The notes under the pieces are model-generated. The model did no database searches and was not told the DNA's origin. It saw only the letters and a list, made by a program, of their open reading frames with translations. This document shows positions 52,005 through 60,034 of a stretch of DNA of 64,000 nucleotides, one piece after another. The position numbers were made by a program, and so were the translations under genes. Each line of letters starts with the position of its first letter. The stretch's first letter is position 1. Origin of the DNA: an uncultured bacterium (GTDB lineage Bacteria; Auribacterota; Erginobacteria; Erginobacterales; Erginobacteraceae); contig CAWGIE010000019.1 of NCBI GenBank assembly GCA_963822585.1, positions 448,001 to 512,000 of the forward strand. The letters run 5' to 3'.

Positions 52005-52430
52005 CTCCCCGGGCAAGATTCGAACTTGCAGCCTAGTGGTTACAAGAGCCCCGAAGTTTCCTTCGGGCTTGGACTATCTCATCTTCCACAGACAATGGAA
52101 GTCGGGCGCTTATAAGGCTTATCGGTAGGGTATCCTCATCCTCTAGTCTCTGCACGTTCCTGCTTAATGCCAGGGCTAAAGCCCTGCACGACGAACTCTC
52201 CCTTTCAGCAGGCTTCGCTCAGGATTGCCATATCCTTCGACTTCGCTCAGGACTTAGGTTCCCCTGAATTCACCCGATTTTTCAACCACGGTCTCCCGTG
52301 GAAGCTGCCAGAAAAGATCTCTCACCGAACTTCGGCAGGGCTGAAGCCCCGCATTACGAACTGTGGTTCGAGACCAATTCTCGCTTCGCGAAAATGACAG
52401 CCACCCGCTCTACCGTTGAGCTACCGGGGA
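52005..52430 (-). tRNA. tRNA-Asn(GUU), split: exon 1 52430..52397, exon 2 52042..52005
   Basis: Joined exons TCCCCGGTAGCTCAACGGTAGAGCGGGTGGCTGT|TAACCACTAGGCTGCAAGTTCGAATCTTGCCCGGGGAG form a complete 72-nt cloverleaf with a GTT anticodon; CCA not encoded. Confidence 0.95.
52043..52396 (-). ncRNA. Group I self-splicing intron (354 nt) at anticodon position 35/36
   Basis: P GAATTCAGGGGAACC, Q GGCAATCCTGAGC, R GTGCAGAGACTAGA, S GAGATAGTCC; exon GCUGU pairs IGS GCAGC with a U.G; P9 GAAA loop; terminal omega-G. Confidence 0.93.
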
Positions 52431-52434
52431 TAAT

Positions 52435-52470
52435 AATCAGTAATCAGTGATCGGTAATCAGTGACCAGTG
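52435..52470. repeat. Heptamer (RATCRGT) tandem repeats; similar array at about 57284..57365
   Basis: aatcagt aatcagt gatcggt aatcagt gaccagt. Confidence 0.7.
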
Positions 52471-52603
52471 CTGGCTGAAGCCTGCGGCTACCGACTTTCT
52501 AAACCGATCTACGATTATTTATTTCAAAGAACAAGAAGATGGTATGCGCCATCTTGACAACCTAAAGCAGTCTACTGGAAAAGGACCGGATTTCAATAAA
52601 AAA

Positions 52604-52720
52604 AGCCGGGACGGCCGTCACAATGAGGTAAGGTGCTCCGGAAATCCGGATCTTGTCCTGACACCTCAGGCTGTTTCAACCTCAAACCTGATTCGCGGAC
52701 TCGTGCTCGACCGCCCGGCT
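52604..52720 (-). ncRNA. Candidate structured RNA B, unassigned family
   Basis: Closing stem AGCCGGGCGGTCG/CGGCCGTCCCGGCT followed by a U-run; motif order shared with RNA A. Confidence 0.6.
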
Positions 52721-52729
52721 ATTTCACAA

Positions 52730-52791
52730 CGCACCCTGCCCCGGTCCCGGTGGACTTCCCTTCGGCGGGGTCCCTACCGGGAAAGGGTGCG
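52730..52791. other. Stable hairpin immediately 5' (minus strand) of candidate RNA B
   Basis: cgcaccct..cccggtggac....gtccctaccggg..agggtgcg. Confidence 0.5.
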
Positions 52792-52861
52792 GCTACCGGC
52801 ATTGGTGATATATAGCTTTGTTCTCTTTTTACACTATTTTTTGCGCAGCAAAAAATAAAAC

Positions 52862-52995
52862 GCTGGACGGCCGCTAATGGTGGTAGCGCTTCGGCTTCCC
52901 GAATGGGCGACGCTTTCGCGTTCTGTCCCGTCCCGACGCTTTCAGAAGTTTCACCCGATCTTCTGATATTTCGGACGTAATTATGGCCGTCCAGC
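52862..52995 (-). ncRNA. Candidate structured RNA A, unassigned family
   Basis: 11-bp closing stem GCTGGACGGCC/GGCCGTCCAGC; internal stems TCAGAAG/CTTCTGA, ACGC-GAAA-GCGT, TTCGG/CCGAA; 5' end coincides with a predicted transcription start. Confidence 0.65.
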
Positions 52996-53001
52996 AATTG
53001 T

Positions 53002-53030
53002 AATATACATCGGGCGAATGAGAATGGCAA
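53002..53030 (-). promoter_or_regulatory. Sigma70-type promoter for candidate RNA A
   Basis: TTGCCA-N17-TATATT; +1 predicted at G52995, the first base of the closing stem. Confidence 0.65.
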
Positions 53031-53055
53031 GAAGAAAAACAAAAAAAACAACAAA

Positions 53056-53086
53056 AAAATAGTCCCGCCGGTGGCGGGACTATTTT
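53056..53086 (-). terminator. Terminator of the por operon
   Basis: aaaatagtcccgcc-ggt-ggcgggactatttt with a long U-run on the minus strand. Confidence 0.85.
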
Positions 53087-53118
53087 AGACGATCATTTTT
53101 GTTCGGAGCGAAGCCGTT

Positions 53119-54063
53119 TCAAACGACAACTTTCTGGACCGTGTCTCCGGTCTTTTTCAGAAGGGCGGCCCACTCTTTGTCCACGTGGGCCTGGAACTCA
53201 TCGAGCAGGGGCTTGTTCTTTTCTTCCAGCAGGTGTTTGAACCGGCCCTGGACCTTGATCCATTCTTCGACCGGGAGTTTCTCTTTCGGCTTGTAGTTCA
53301 GCTTCCATTCCCCGTTCTCCACCTCGTACAGCGGCCAGAAGCAGGTCTCCACCGCCGCCTTTACGATGTCGATCGAGGTGACGGGCTGGGTGCGCCAACC
53401 GCGGAAGCAGGAGGAAAGAACGTTGATGAAGGTGGGACCCTTGATGGCGAGAGCCTTCTTGACCTTGCCGATGTAGTCCCGCCAGTTATAGGGAGATGCC
53501 TGAGCCGCGTAAGGGATGTGATGGGCAGCCACGATCGCGGTCAGATCCTTGGGGAACTGGCTTTTGCCGGGGATAACGTCCCCCGCCGGGCTGGTGGTGG
53601 TGGAGGCGCAGAAGGGCGTCGCGCTCGAACGCTGGATACCGGTATTCATGTACGCCTCATTGTTGTAACAGATATAGAGGAAGTCATGCCCCCGCTCCAG
53701 GGCTCCGGAGAGGGACTGGAGACCGATGTCATAGGTTCCGCCGTCGCCACCGAAGGCGATGAACTTGATGTCCCCTTTGATCTTTCCCTGTTTCTTCAAG
53801 GCCCGGTAGGCGGTTTCGACCCCGCTGATGGTGGCTGCGGCATTTTCAAAGGCATCGTGAATATAGGGAATCCGCCAGGAGGTATAGGGGTAGATGGTGG
53901 TTGAGACCTCCATGCAGCCGGTGGCAAAAGCGACCACGACCGGTCCTTCAACCGCCATCAGGGCCTGCCGGATGGCGATGACACTGCCGCACCCGGCGCA
54001 GGCACGGTGTCCCGGGCTCAACAGCTCGGGCTTTTTGGATAGTTCTTTCAGATTGAGGGTCAT
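53119..54063 (-). CDS. porB: Pyruvate:ferredoxin oxidoreductase beta subunit
   Basis: GHRACAGCG; GGDGGTYDIG TPP motif; NEAYMNTGIQRS. Confidence 0.95.
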   Translation of the reverse strand: MTLNLKELSKKPELLSPGHRACAGCGSVIAIRQALMAVEGPVVVAFATGCMEVSTTIYPYTSWRIPYIHDAFENAAATISGVETAYRALKKQGKIKGDIKFIAFGGDGGTYDIGLQSLSGALERGHDFLYICYNNEAYMNTGIQRSSATPFCASTTTSPAGDVIPGKSQFPKDLTAIVAAHHIPYAAQASPYNWRDYIGKVKKALAIKGPTFINVLSSCFRGWRTQPVTSIDIVKAAVETCFWPLYEVENGEWKLNYKPKEKLPVEEWIKVQGRFKHLLEEKNKPLLDEFQAHVDKEWAALLKKTGDTVQKVVV

Positions 54064-54105
54064 ATTGTCTTCCTTTGTACTTAGCTTCTCCCGGCGGGGA
54101 GGGCG

Positions 54106-54258
54106 CACAGACAGGAATGTCTGTGCTACTCTGAACTCACAGACAGGAATGTCTGTGCTACTCTGAACTCACAGACAGGAATGTCTGTGTTACTTTGAAC
54201 TCACAGACAGGAATGTCTGTGTTACTTTGAACTCACAGACAAGAATGTCTGTGTTACT
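54106..54258. repeat. Five tandem GTAG/GTAA-tagged REP palindromes, 32-bp period
   Basis: cacagacaggaatgtctgtg(c/t)tact(c/t)tgaact at 54106, 54138, 54170, 54202 and 54234. Confidence 0.9.
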
Positions 54259-55423
54259 CTCGGACACCGAGATGCCAGGCGGCCTCATCGTAGATTCGGC
54301 CGGCCTTCAGATCGCCAAAGACGCCGGCAATCATCTCGGGGGTAATATCCCTTCCGCCCAGTCCATACACATAACCGGAGACCGGGATTTCGGCTTTTCG
54401 ATAAAGCGCCGACCTGATCTCGGGAAAAACGGGCCCGGCGATGCTGTTGAATCCTTCGGCGCGATCAAGAACGGCGACCGCACGGGCGCTACCGATAGCT
54501 CTCGCTATCTCATCGGCCGGGAAGGGCCGGAATACCCGCAGCTTAAGAACGCCGACTTTCTCACCTCGTTCCCTGAGGTCATCCACGGCCGCCTTGGCCG
54601 TGCCGGCGGTGGAACCGAGGGCCACCACTATATATTCCGCGTCTTCAGTGTAATATTCATCGAAAAATCCGTAGTGCCGCCCGGAGAGCTTTCCGAACTC
54701 CTCTCCCACTTCGAGGATCACCTTCTTAGAGTTCTTCATCGCCATTGCCTGCTGCATCTTGTGCTCGAAATAGTAATCCTGGAGATCAAGGGGCCCATAG
54801 GTCACGGGATGGCCAGTGTCGAGGAGGGAATAACGGGGCTTGTAGTCGCCGATGAATTTTTTGATCTCTTCATCTTCCAGGACATCCACCCGTTCCACGG
54901 TATGACTGATAATAAAGCCGTCGTAGGTTGTCATGACCGGCAGGAGGACATCCTTATTCTCGGCGATCTTCACGGCCTGGATAATGTTGTCATACACTTC
55001 CTGGGAATTCTCGCTATAAAGCTGAATCCATCCCGAGTCCCGGCAGCCCATGGAATCACTGTGGTCGCAGTGGATATTGATCGGACCGGAAAGGGCGCGG
55101 TTGACCACCGCCATCACGATCGGGAGACGGGTGGAGGCGGCGATGTAAACTATCTCCCACATCAAAGCCAGCCCGTTGGCGGAGGTCGCCGACATCACCC
55201 GGGCGCCACCGGCGGAAGCGCCGACCGCGGCGCTCATGGCCGAATGCTCGGATTCCACCAGGATCATCTCGGTCTGGACTTTCCCGTCGGCGACGTACTG
55301 AGCGAAGGTCTGCATCAGTTCCGTCTGGGGAGTAATCGGATACGCCGGCACTACATCCGGGTCGATCTGCTTCATGGCATAGGCACCGGCTTCGTTTCCG
55401 GTAAGTGCTAACATCTCACTCAT
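54254..55423 (-). CDS. porA: Pyruvate:ferredoxin oxidoreductase alpha subunit
   Basis: GNEA..AYPITPQT; ESEHSAMSA; NRALSGPINIHCDHSD. Confidence 0.96.
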   Translation of the reverse strand: MSEMLALTGNEAGAYAMKQIDPDVVPAYPITPQTELMQTFAQYVADGKVQTEMILVESEHSAMSAAVGASAGGARVMSATSANGLALMWEIVYIAASTRLPIVMAVVNRALSGPINIHCDHSDSMGCRDSGWIQLYSENSQEVYDNIIQAVKIAENKDVLLPVMTTYDGFIISHTVERVDVLEDEEIKKFIGDYKPRYSLLDTGHPVTYGPLDLQDYYFEHKMQQAMAMKNSKKVILEVGEEFGKLSGRHYGFFDEYYTEDAEYIVVALGSTAGTAKAAVDDLRERGEKVGVLKLRVFRPFPADEIARAIGSARAVAVLDRAEGFNSIAGPVFPEIRSALYRKAEIPVSGYVYGLGGRDITPEMIAGVFGDLKAGRIYDEAAWHLGVRE

Positions 55424-55473
55424 GCAATTTTCCTCTGGAAAATAATTGTTTATCGTTCACAGATACCGGCTAA

Positions 55474-55824
55474 TCAAATCCCGTCACTGCCGGGGGGTGA
55501 TTTCCTGATCCCCCATTCATCTATCTTAACATCCGATATCTTTTCTTCCGCTATCATTTCTATTGCTTGCACCGGGCAGGTATGGGCACAGATACCGCAG
55601 CCCTTGCAGTGCTTATAATCAAAACCCGCCATCTTCTCGTTTTCCACCATGACCGAGCCGTCGGGACAAAAGATCCAGCACTGCAGACAGTCGATGCATT
55701 TTTCCTTGTCAAGGACAGGGCGGGACGCCCGCCAATCTCCGGTTTCGTACTCGAAAGAATTGCCGGCGTGGACAATCAACCCGCCAATCGGGATTTCCTT
55801 CCATCCGGGGGCTTTTTCACTCAT
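55474..55824 (-). CDS. porD: Pyruvate:ferredoxin oxidoreductase delta subunit, 2x[4Fe-4S]
   Basis: TGDWR..P; CIDCLQCWIFCPD; CKGCGICAHTCP. Confidence 0.95.
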   Translation of the reverse strand: MSEKAPGWKEIPIGGLIVHAGNSFEYETGDWRASRPVLDKEKCIDCLQCWIFCPDGSVMVENEKMAGFDYKHCKGCGICAHTCPVQAIEMIAEEKISDVKIDEWGIRKSPPGSDGI

Positions 55825-56393
55825 GTCTTCACTTCCTTAAATGCTCGTTCAACGGCTTTGATATTTCCTTCCAGGATTTTGGGGGCGAACTTCTTGGCAA
55901 ACTGCCGCCGGATATCGGAAGTGACCGATTCCAGTTTCACCACCCCGGTGGCTTTAACCAGGGCCCCGAGAAGCGGCATGTTGGGCATCGCCCGGCCGAT
56001 TTCGTCTTTGGAAATCTGATCGGCATCCACGATCCAGACCTTTTTTCCCTGCAGAAAGGGGAACTGTTTTTTGAGTTCATCGGGCGTCAGGGTGCTGTTA
56101 ATAATAACCGACCCGCCCTCTTTCAAACCTTCACAGACGTTGATCGACTCCAGCAAACTGGGATCAAGAACGAGAACAATATCCGGATTATAGACGGCGG
56201 AGTGCATCTTGATCTGACCTTCGCTGATCCGAGTATACCCCTTAATGGGGGCGCCCGAACGTTCCGGACCGTACTCCGGAAATCCCTGGCTGTATTTTCC
56301 TTCATTAAGGGCCACCAGGGCCAGGAACTCCGCCACGGTTTTGGCTCCCTGGCCGCCCCGGCCATGCCACCGTATTTCAATTATTTTCTTCAT
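55821..56393 (-). CDS. porC: Pyruvate:ferredoxin oxidoreductase gamma subunit
   Basis: EIRWHGRGGQGAKT; FPEYGPERSGAP. Confidence 0.95.
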   Translation of the reverse strand: MKKIIEIRWHGRGGQGAKTVAEFLALVALNEGKYSQGFPEYGPERSGAPIKGYTRISEGQIKMHSAVYNPDIVLVLDPSLLESINVCEGLKEGGSVIINSTLTPDELKKQFPFLQGKKVWIVDADQISKDEIGRAMPNMPLLGALVKATGVVKLESVTSDIRRQFAKKFAPKILEGNIKAVERAFKEVKT

Positions 56394-56614
56394 AAGATCA
56401 ACTCACTTCATTCGTTATTTGATCCGCTTCCCGATTGAATCAACCGGGGATCTGCTGGTTGACTGAAATACAATCCGCTATCGCACTATCAGCCGGGCGA
56501 GATAATGATTTCGCCAATTTGGTCGTACAGTAGCAAAATGGGAAGAAATCCGCAAATTTATTTTCAGAATAGGCGGGGATTACTTCATTCCCCGTTTATC
56601 TAAACACGCGTATA

Positions 56615-57214
56615 CTAATACTCGCGACGGCCTTCAATGGCCTTCATCAACGTTGACGGATCCATGAAATCAAGGGAGCTCCCCACCGGTATTCCGGCCG
56701 CGATGCGGGTGACCCGGACCCTCAGCGTTTTAAGAACCCGGGCAAGGTAAAGAGCGGTCGTCTCTCCGTCGATATCCGAACCGGTGGCAATAATTATCTC
56801 ATGGGGCGAGGCTTTTTTAACCCGGGCCAGCAATTCCTTGATCTTGAGATCTTCGGGACCAAAACCATCCAGGGGGATGATTTTTCCCATCAGCACGTGA
56901 TAAACCCCTTGATAATTCCCGGCCTGTTCGAGGGCGATCACATCCTTGGGATCCTCGACCACGCAGATCAGACGATGATCGCGTTGATTGTCGCTGCAGA
57001 TCCGGCAGACATCATGTGAGGTGAGATTCCCGCAGACCGGGCAGAAGCGTATTCTGGCCTTTACTTCCGCGATCGCCTGAAGGAGCTCGCCGGTTGCGGC
57101 ATCGCTTTTCTGCAAAAGATGGAAGAGAATTCTCTGGGCGCTCCGGGGGCCGATGCCGGGCAACGCGGTCAGAGCATCAAGCGCTTTCTGCATTATGGTG
57201 GGGTAGCGAGCCAT
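56615..57214 (-). CDS. recR: Recombination protein RecR
   Basis: LPGIGPRSAQR; C4 zinc finger; CVVE Toprim; GETTALY. Confidence 0.97.
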   Translation of the reverse strand: MARYPTIMQKALDALTALPGIGPRSAQRILFHLLQKSDAATGELLQAIAEVKARIRFCPVCGNLTSHDVCRICSDNQRDHRLICVVEDPKDVIALEQAGNYQGVYHVLMGKIIPLDGFGPEDLKIKELLARVKKASPHEIIIATGSDIDGETTALYLARVLKTLRVRVTRIAAGIPVGSSLDFMDPSTLMKAIEGRREY

Positions 57215-57371
57215 GGTGAAATATTATTGAAATGTGGAGTGTGAGGAGTTGGGGAAAAATATTATTAAATCTTATTCCTGAAAAGTAATCAGTAATCAGT
57301 GATCAGTAATCGGTATGCCCCGGCCAGGGGATAAACTGATTACCGATCACTGATAACCGATCACCGGTTCT

Positions 57372-57695
57372 TCATATTCCCAGTCCCGGCAGATTCATGC
57401 CGCCGGTAATCGCCGACATCTGTTCCTGTGCGGCGGCTTCTACTTTCTCCGTTGCCTGCCTGATGGCGGACAAAATCAGATCCTCCAGCATCTGAACATC
57501 GTCCCGGTCCACCACATCAGGATTGATGGAAATGGAAACAAGTTCTTTCTTCCCATTGACCACCGCCTTGACCATTCCTCCTCCCGAGCTGCCTTCCGCC
57601 TCTTGTCTCGCCAGCTCTTCCTGCATGCGGAGCAACCTGGCCTGCATCTGCTGTGCCTGTTTGAGCATCTTTCCCATACCAGCCACTGTAAACAC
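57372..57695 (-). CDS. ybaB: YbaB/EbfC nucleoid-associated protein
   Basis: KQAQQMQ..GSSGGGMV..MLEDLI; lies between dnaX and recR. Confidence 0.95.
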   Translation of the reverse strand: MFTVAGMGKMLKQAQQMQARLLRMQEELARQEAEGSSGGGMVKAVVNGKKELVSISINPDVVDRDDVQMLEDLILSAIRQATEKVEAAAQEQMSAITGGMNLPGLGI

Positions 57696-57873
57696 CTCCC
57701 CAAATAGAACTTAGCCCTCGCTTCGCTCGGGCAACTAAAAAAACTACGAATTTCGCGAATTACACGAATTTATTTTAAAATATTCCTGCAATGTCGATTC
57801 AATGCTTGCACATTCTTATTTTTCCGGAGGAAATCAAAACATATATCAGCGAGCGCAGCTCGCTGATATATAA

Positions 57874-59481
57874 TTACTCCTTCACGTCCAGTATACTCCC
57901 GTCAAACATCTCGAGCGTGGATTCAATGACCGGATTCTCCCGGATGATTGTTTTTTTCTTCTCCCGGGAAGAACCGGGCGCTTCCGGAGGCTTCTTCCGC
58001 GCGGAGGTGCTGCCGCGGACCGCGAAAGCGAGCCGGACAGGGAATCCGAGTTTGTTTTTAAGCAGGGTTTCCATATAAGACCGTTTCGGTGGGGACTCCA
58101 GCGCTTCCCGGTGAAAATCGAAATCCTCCTTGAAGTAAATCGTTAAGGTGCCATCCTCGAGCTGCCCTGGTTCCGCGTCCGTCAGATACGCTTTCAGCAT
58201 CGGACGGTTGGCTCCCAGGGTCTCCAGAAAATCCGGCCATATCTCACTGATCGTCCCGGGGGGTGAGGACTCAGCCTCCTTTTCCAGATAATCCCCGGAA
58301 GCGGCAGGTTCATCCCGGCCGGGCGGTGGGGGGGAGATCCCCGTCTCCAGTTCTTCCAGACGATCAATCAGTTCATCGAGGAATAAACGGCCGCGCGACT
58401 GGGCGACTTTCATCAGAACCATTTCCAGCGCAACTTGCTCTGAAATGGCGTATCTGATCGTCGACTCCGCCTGAATCAGTTCATTGAGAATAAAGAGCAG
58501 GCGGGAATTACTGAAAGCTTCGCTTAATTGCCCCATATCCCGCATTTCTTCGGCGGGGACATCGGTCAATATATCAGCCGAATTACCCGTCGAAATAACC
58601 AGAAGATCGCGGAAGTGTTTGATCAGCGACGAGAGAAAGTAAGAGACGTTCCAACCCTGGTCAATAACTTCCCCCACCAGAGTGATGATCCGTGAAAGAT
58701 CCCCGGCCAGAATCGCGCGAGAAAACCCAATCACCACCGTACGGGGGACAAGCCCGAGCAGGGCCGTGACATCCTGCTGACGGATGGTGCCCTCACAATA
58801 TACCAGCAGCTGATCAAGAATGGATTCGGCATCCCTCATTCCACCCTCGGCAGCGGAAGCGACCGTGGTCAAGGCTTCTTCTTCATAGGGGATATTTTCA
58901 TCCGATAGAATTCGCTTGAGCCGTTCAAGAATCTTATGTCGGGGAATCTTCCGGAGGTCGAAACGCTGACAGCGCGAAATGATGGTGTCCGGGATCTTTT
59001 GCGGTTCGGTAGTGGCAAAAAAGAATTTAACGTGGGCGGGCGGTTCTTCCAGCGTCTTCAACAGGGCGTTGAAGGCACTGGTGGAAAGCATGTGCACTTC
59101 ATCGATGATGTAGATCTTATTCTTCCCTCGGGAAGACGCATACTTTACGTTCTCTTTCAGCTGCCTGATGTCATCGACACTGGTATTAGAGGCTCCGTCG
59201 ATCTCCATCACATCCAGACTGTTTCCGGCCATAATTTCCAGACAGGATTCGCAACGATCGCAGGGGGTCGGAGTCGGTGAATCGGCGGACAGGCAATTCA
59301 AGCTCTTGGCGAATATCCGGGCCAGCGTAGTTTTGCCGATACCGCGTGGTCCGGTAAAAAGATAGGCATGGCCGAGACGTTGCTGCTTGATGGCGTTCAA
59401 CAGCGTAGTAGTGATATGCTGCTGCCCCACAACTTCTTCGAACTGCTGCGGCCGCCACTTTCTCGCCAATGCCGTGTACAT
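57874..59481 (-). CDS. dnaX: DNA polymerase III gamma/tau subunit
   Basis: ARKWRPQ.F; GPRGIGKTT; IDEVHML; NALLKTLEEPP; SRCQ. Confidence 0.98.
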   Translation of the reverse strand: MYTALARKWRPQQFEEVVGQQHITTTLLNAIKQQRLGHAYLFTGPRGIGKTTLARIFAKSLNCLSADSPTPTPCDRCESCLEIMAGNSLDVMEIDGASNTSVDDIRQLKENVKYASSRGKNKIYIIDEVHMLSTSAFNALLKTLEEPPAHVKFFFATTEPQKIPDTIISRCQRFDLRKIPRHKILERLKRILSDENIPYEEEALTTVASAAEGGMRDAESILDQLLVYCEGTIRQQDVTALLGLVPRTVVIGFSRAILAGDLSRIITLVGEVIDQGWNVSYFLSSLIKHFRDLLVISTGNSADILTDVPAEEMRDMGQLSEAFSNSRLLFILNELIQAESTIRYAISEQVALEMVLMKVAQSRGRLFLDELIDRLEELETGISPPPPGRDEPAASGDYLEKEAESSPPGTISEIWPDFLETLGANRPMLKAYLTDAEPGQLEDGTLTIYFKEDFDFHREALESPPKRSYMETLLKNKLGFPVRLAFAVRGSTSARKKPPEAPGSSREKKKTIIRENPVIESTLEMFDGSILDVKE

Positions 59482-59719
59482 TTTAATTTTTTCCTCCGGA
59501 AAAAATTAGGCTAACCCGATCAAAATCGGGTTATTTTTGATCAATGACAGAATCACTGCGGATAATAATAAGATAGGACAGCTCTGGAATTATAATCTTC
59601 CACTAAAGATAACTATATCATCATTACCTTATCGCGGTATTACATACAATCGCCCGGGCAATTTTTACTCCTATCTATTTTATTTTCAGTCTCCTTTTTC
59701 AGGAGACTGAAAATAAAAT

Positions 59720-60006
59720 ACCACGCACCCTCTGTTGGGGCCCCTGATCACGGAATCCCCGCCGATCGGCTCCGCCCAGGCAGGCCTGCACCCCGCAAGA
59801 GACTCGCTTACCGCTGCTTCCTTCCGGACCTGACGGGGTTTGCGAGCATTGCGTGCACAGGACCTGGGTTTCAACGCTCCTCTAAACGGTTCAGCCGGTA
59901 CCAGGTAACCTCTCGATCGGGAATTCGGCCCTGCTGAAGCGGCTTGCAGGTCACCCTTCGACAAGCTCAGGGATCGGGGCACCGCTGGCTCCCCGCTTAG
60001 CGTGGT
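59720..60006 (-). ncRNA. ffs: Signal recognition particle RNA, large (Alu-containing) type
   Basis: Helix 8 CCCGTCAGGTCCGGAAGGAAGCAGCGG; 5' Alu GCGGGGAG..GCGGTGCCC..ACCTGCAA.CCGC; terminal ACCACGC/GCGTGGT; upstream of dnaX. Confidence 0.95.
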
Positions 60007-60034
60007 ATTTTATTTCTTCGAAATAAAATAGCGT

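Noticed and set aside
51590..52396. GIY-YIG gene as an intron-encoded homing endonuclease
   Set aside because: The ORF lies outside the intron, beyond the tRNA terminator, and has no additional DNA-binding domain. Free-standing cooperation is not excluded but is unsupported.
52544..53054. Short ORFs 52544..52858, 52633..52815 and 52719..53054
   Set aside because: No protein motifs; the region is better explained by RNA structure, a promoter and terminators.
54106..54258. CRISPR array
   Set aside because: Inter-repeat segments are about 7 bp and nearly identical; there are no unique spacers or cas genes.
53185..55411. Plus-strand ORFs 53185..53904 and 54227..55411
   Set aside because: Antisense to porB and porA; no recognisable motifs.
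57940..57965. dnaX programmed frameshift site
   Set aside because: The A-run is not the A AAA AAG motif and lies only about 25 codons from the stop.
59686..59982. 98-aa ORF
   Set aside because: Overlaps the SRP RNA gene.
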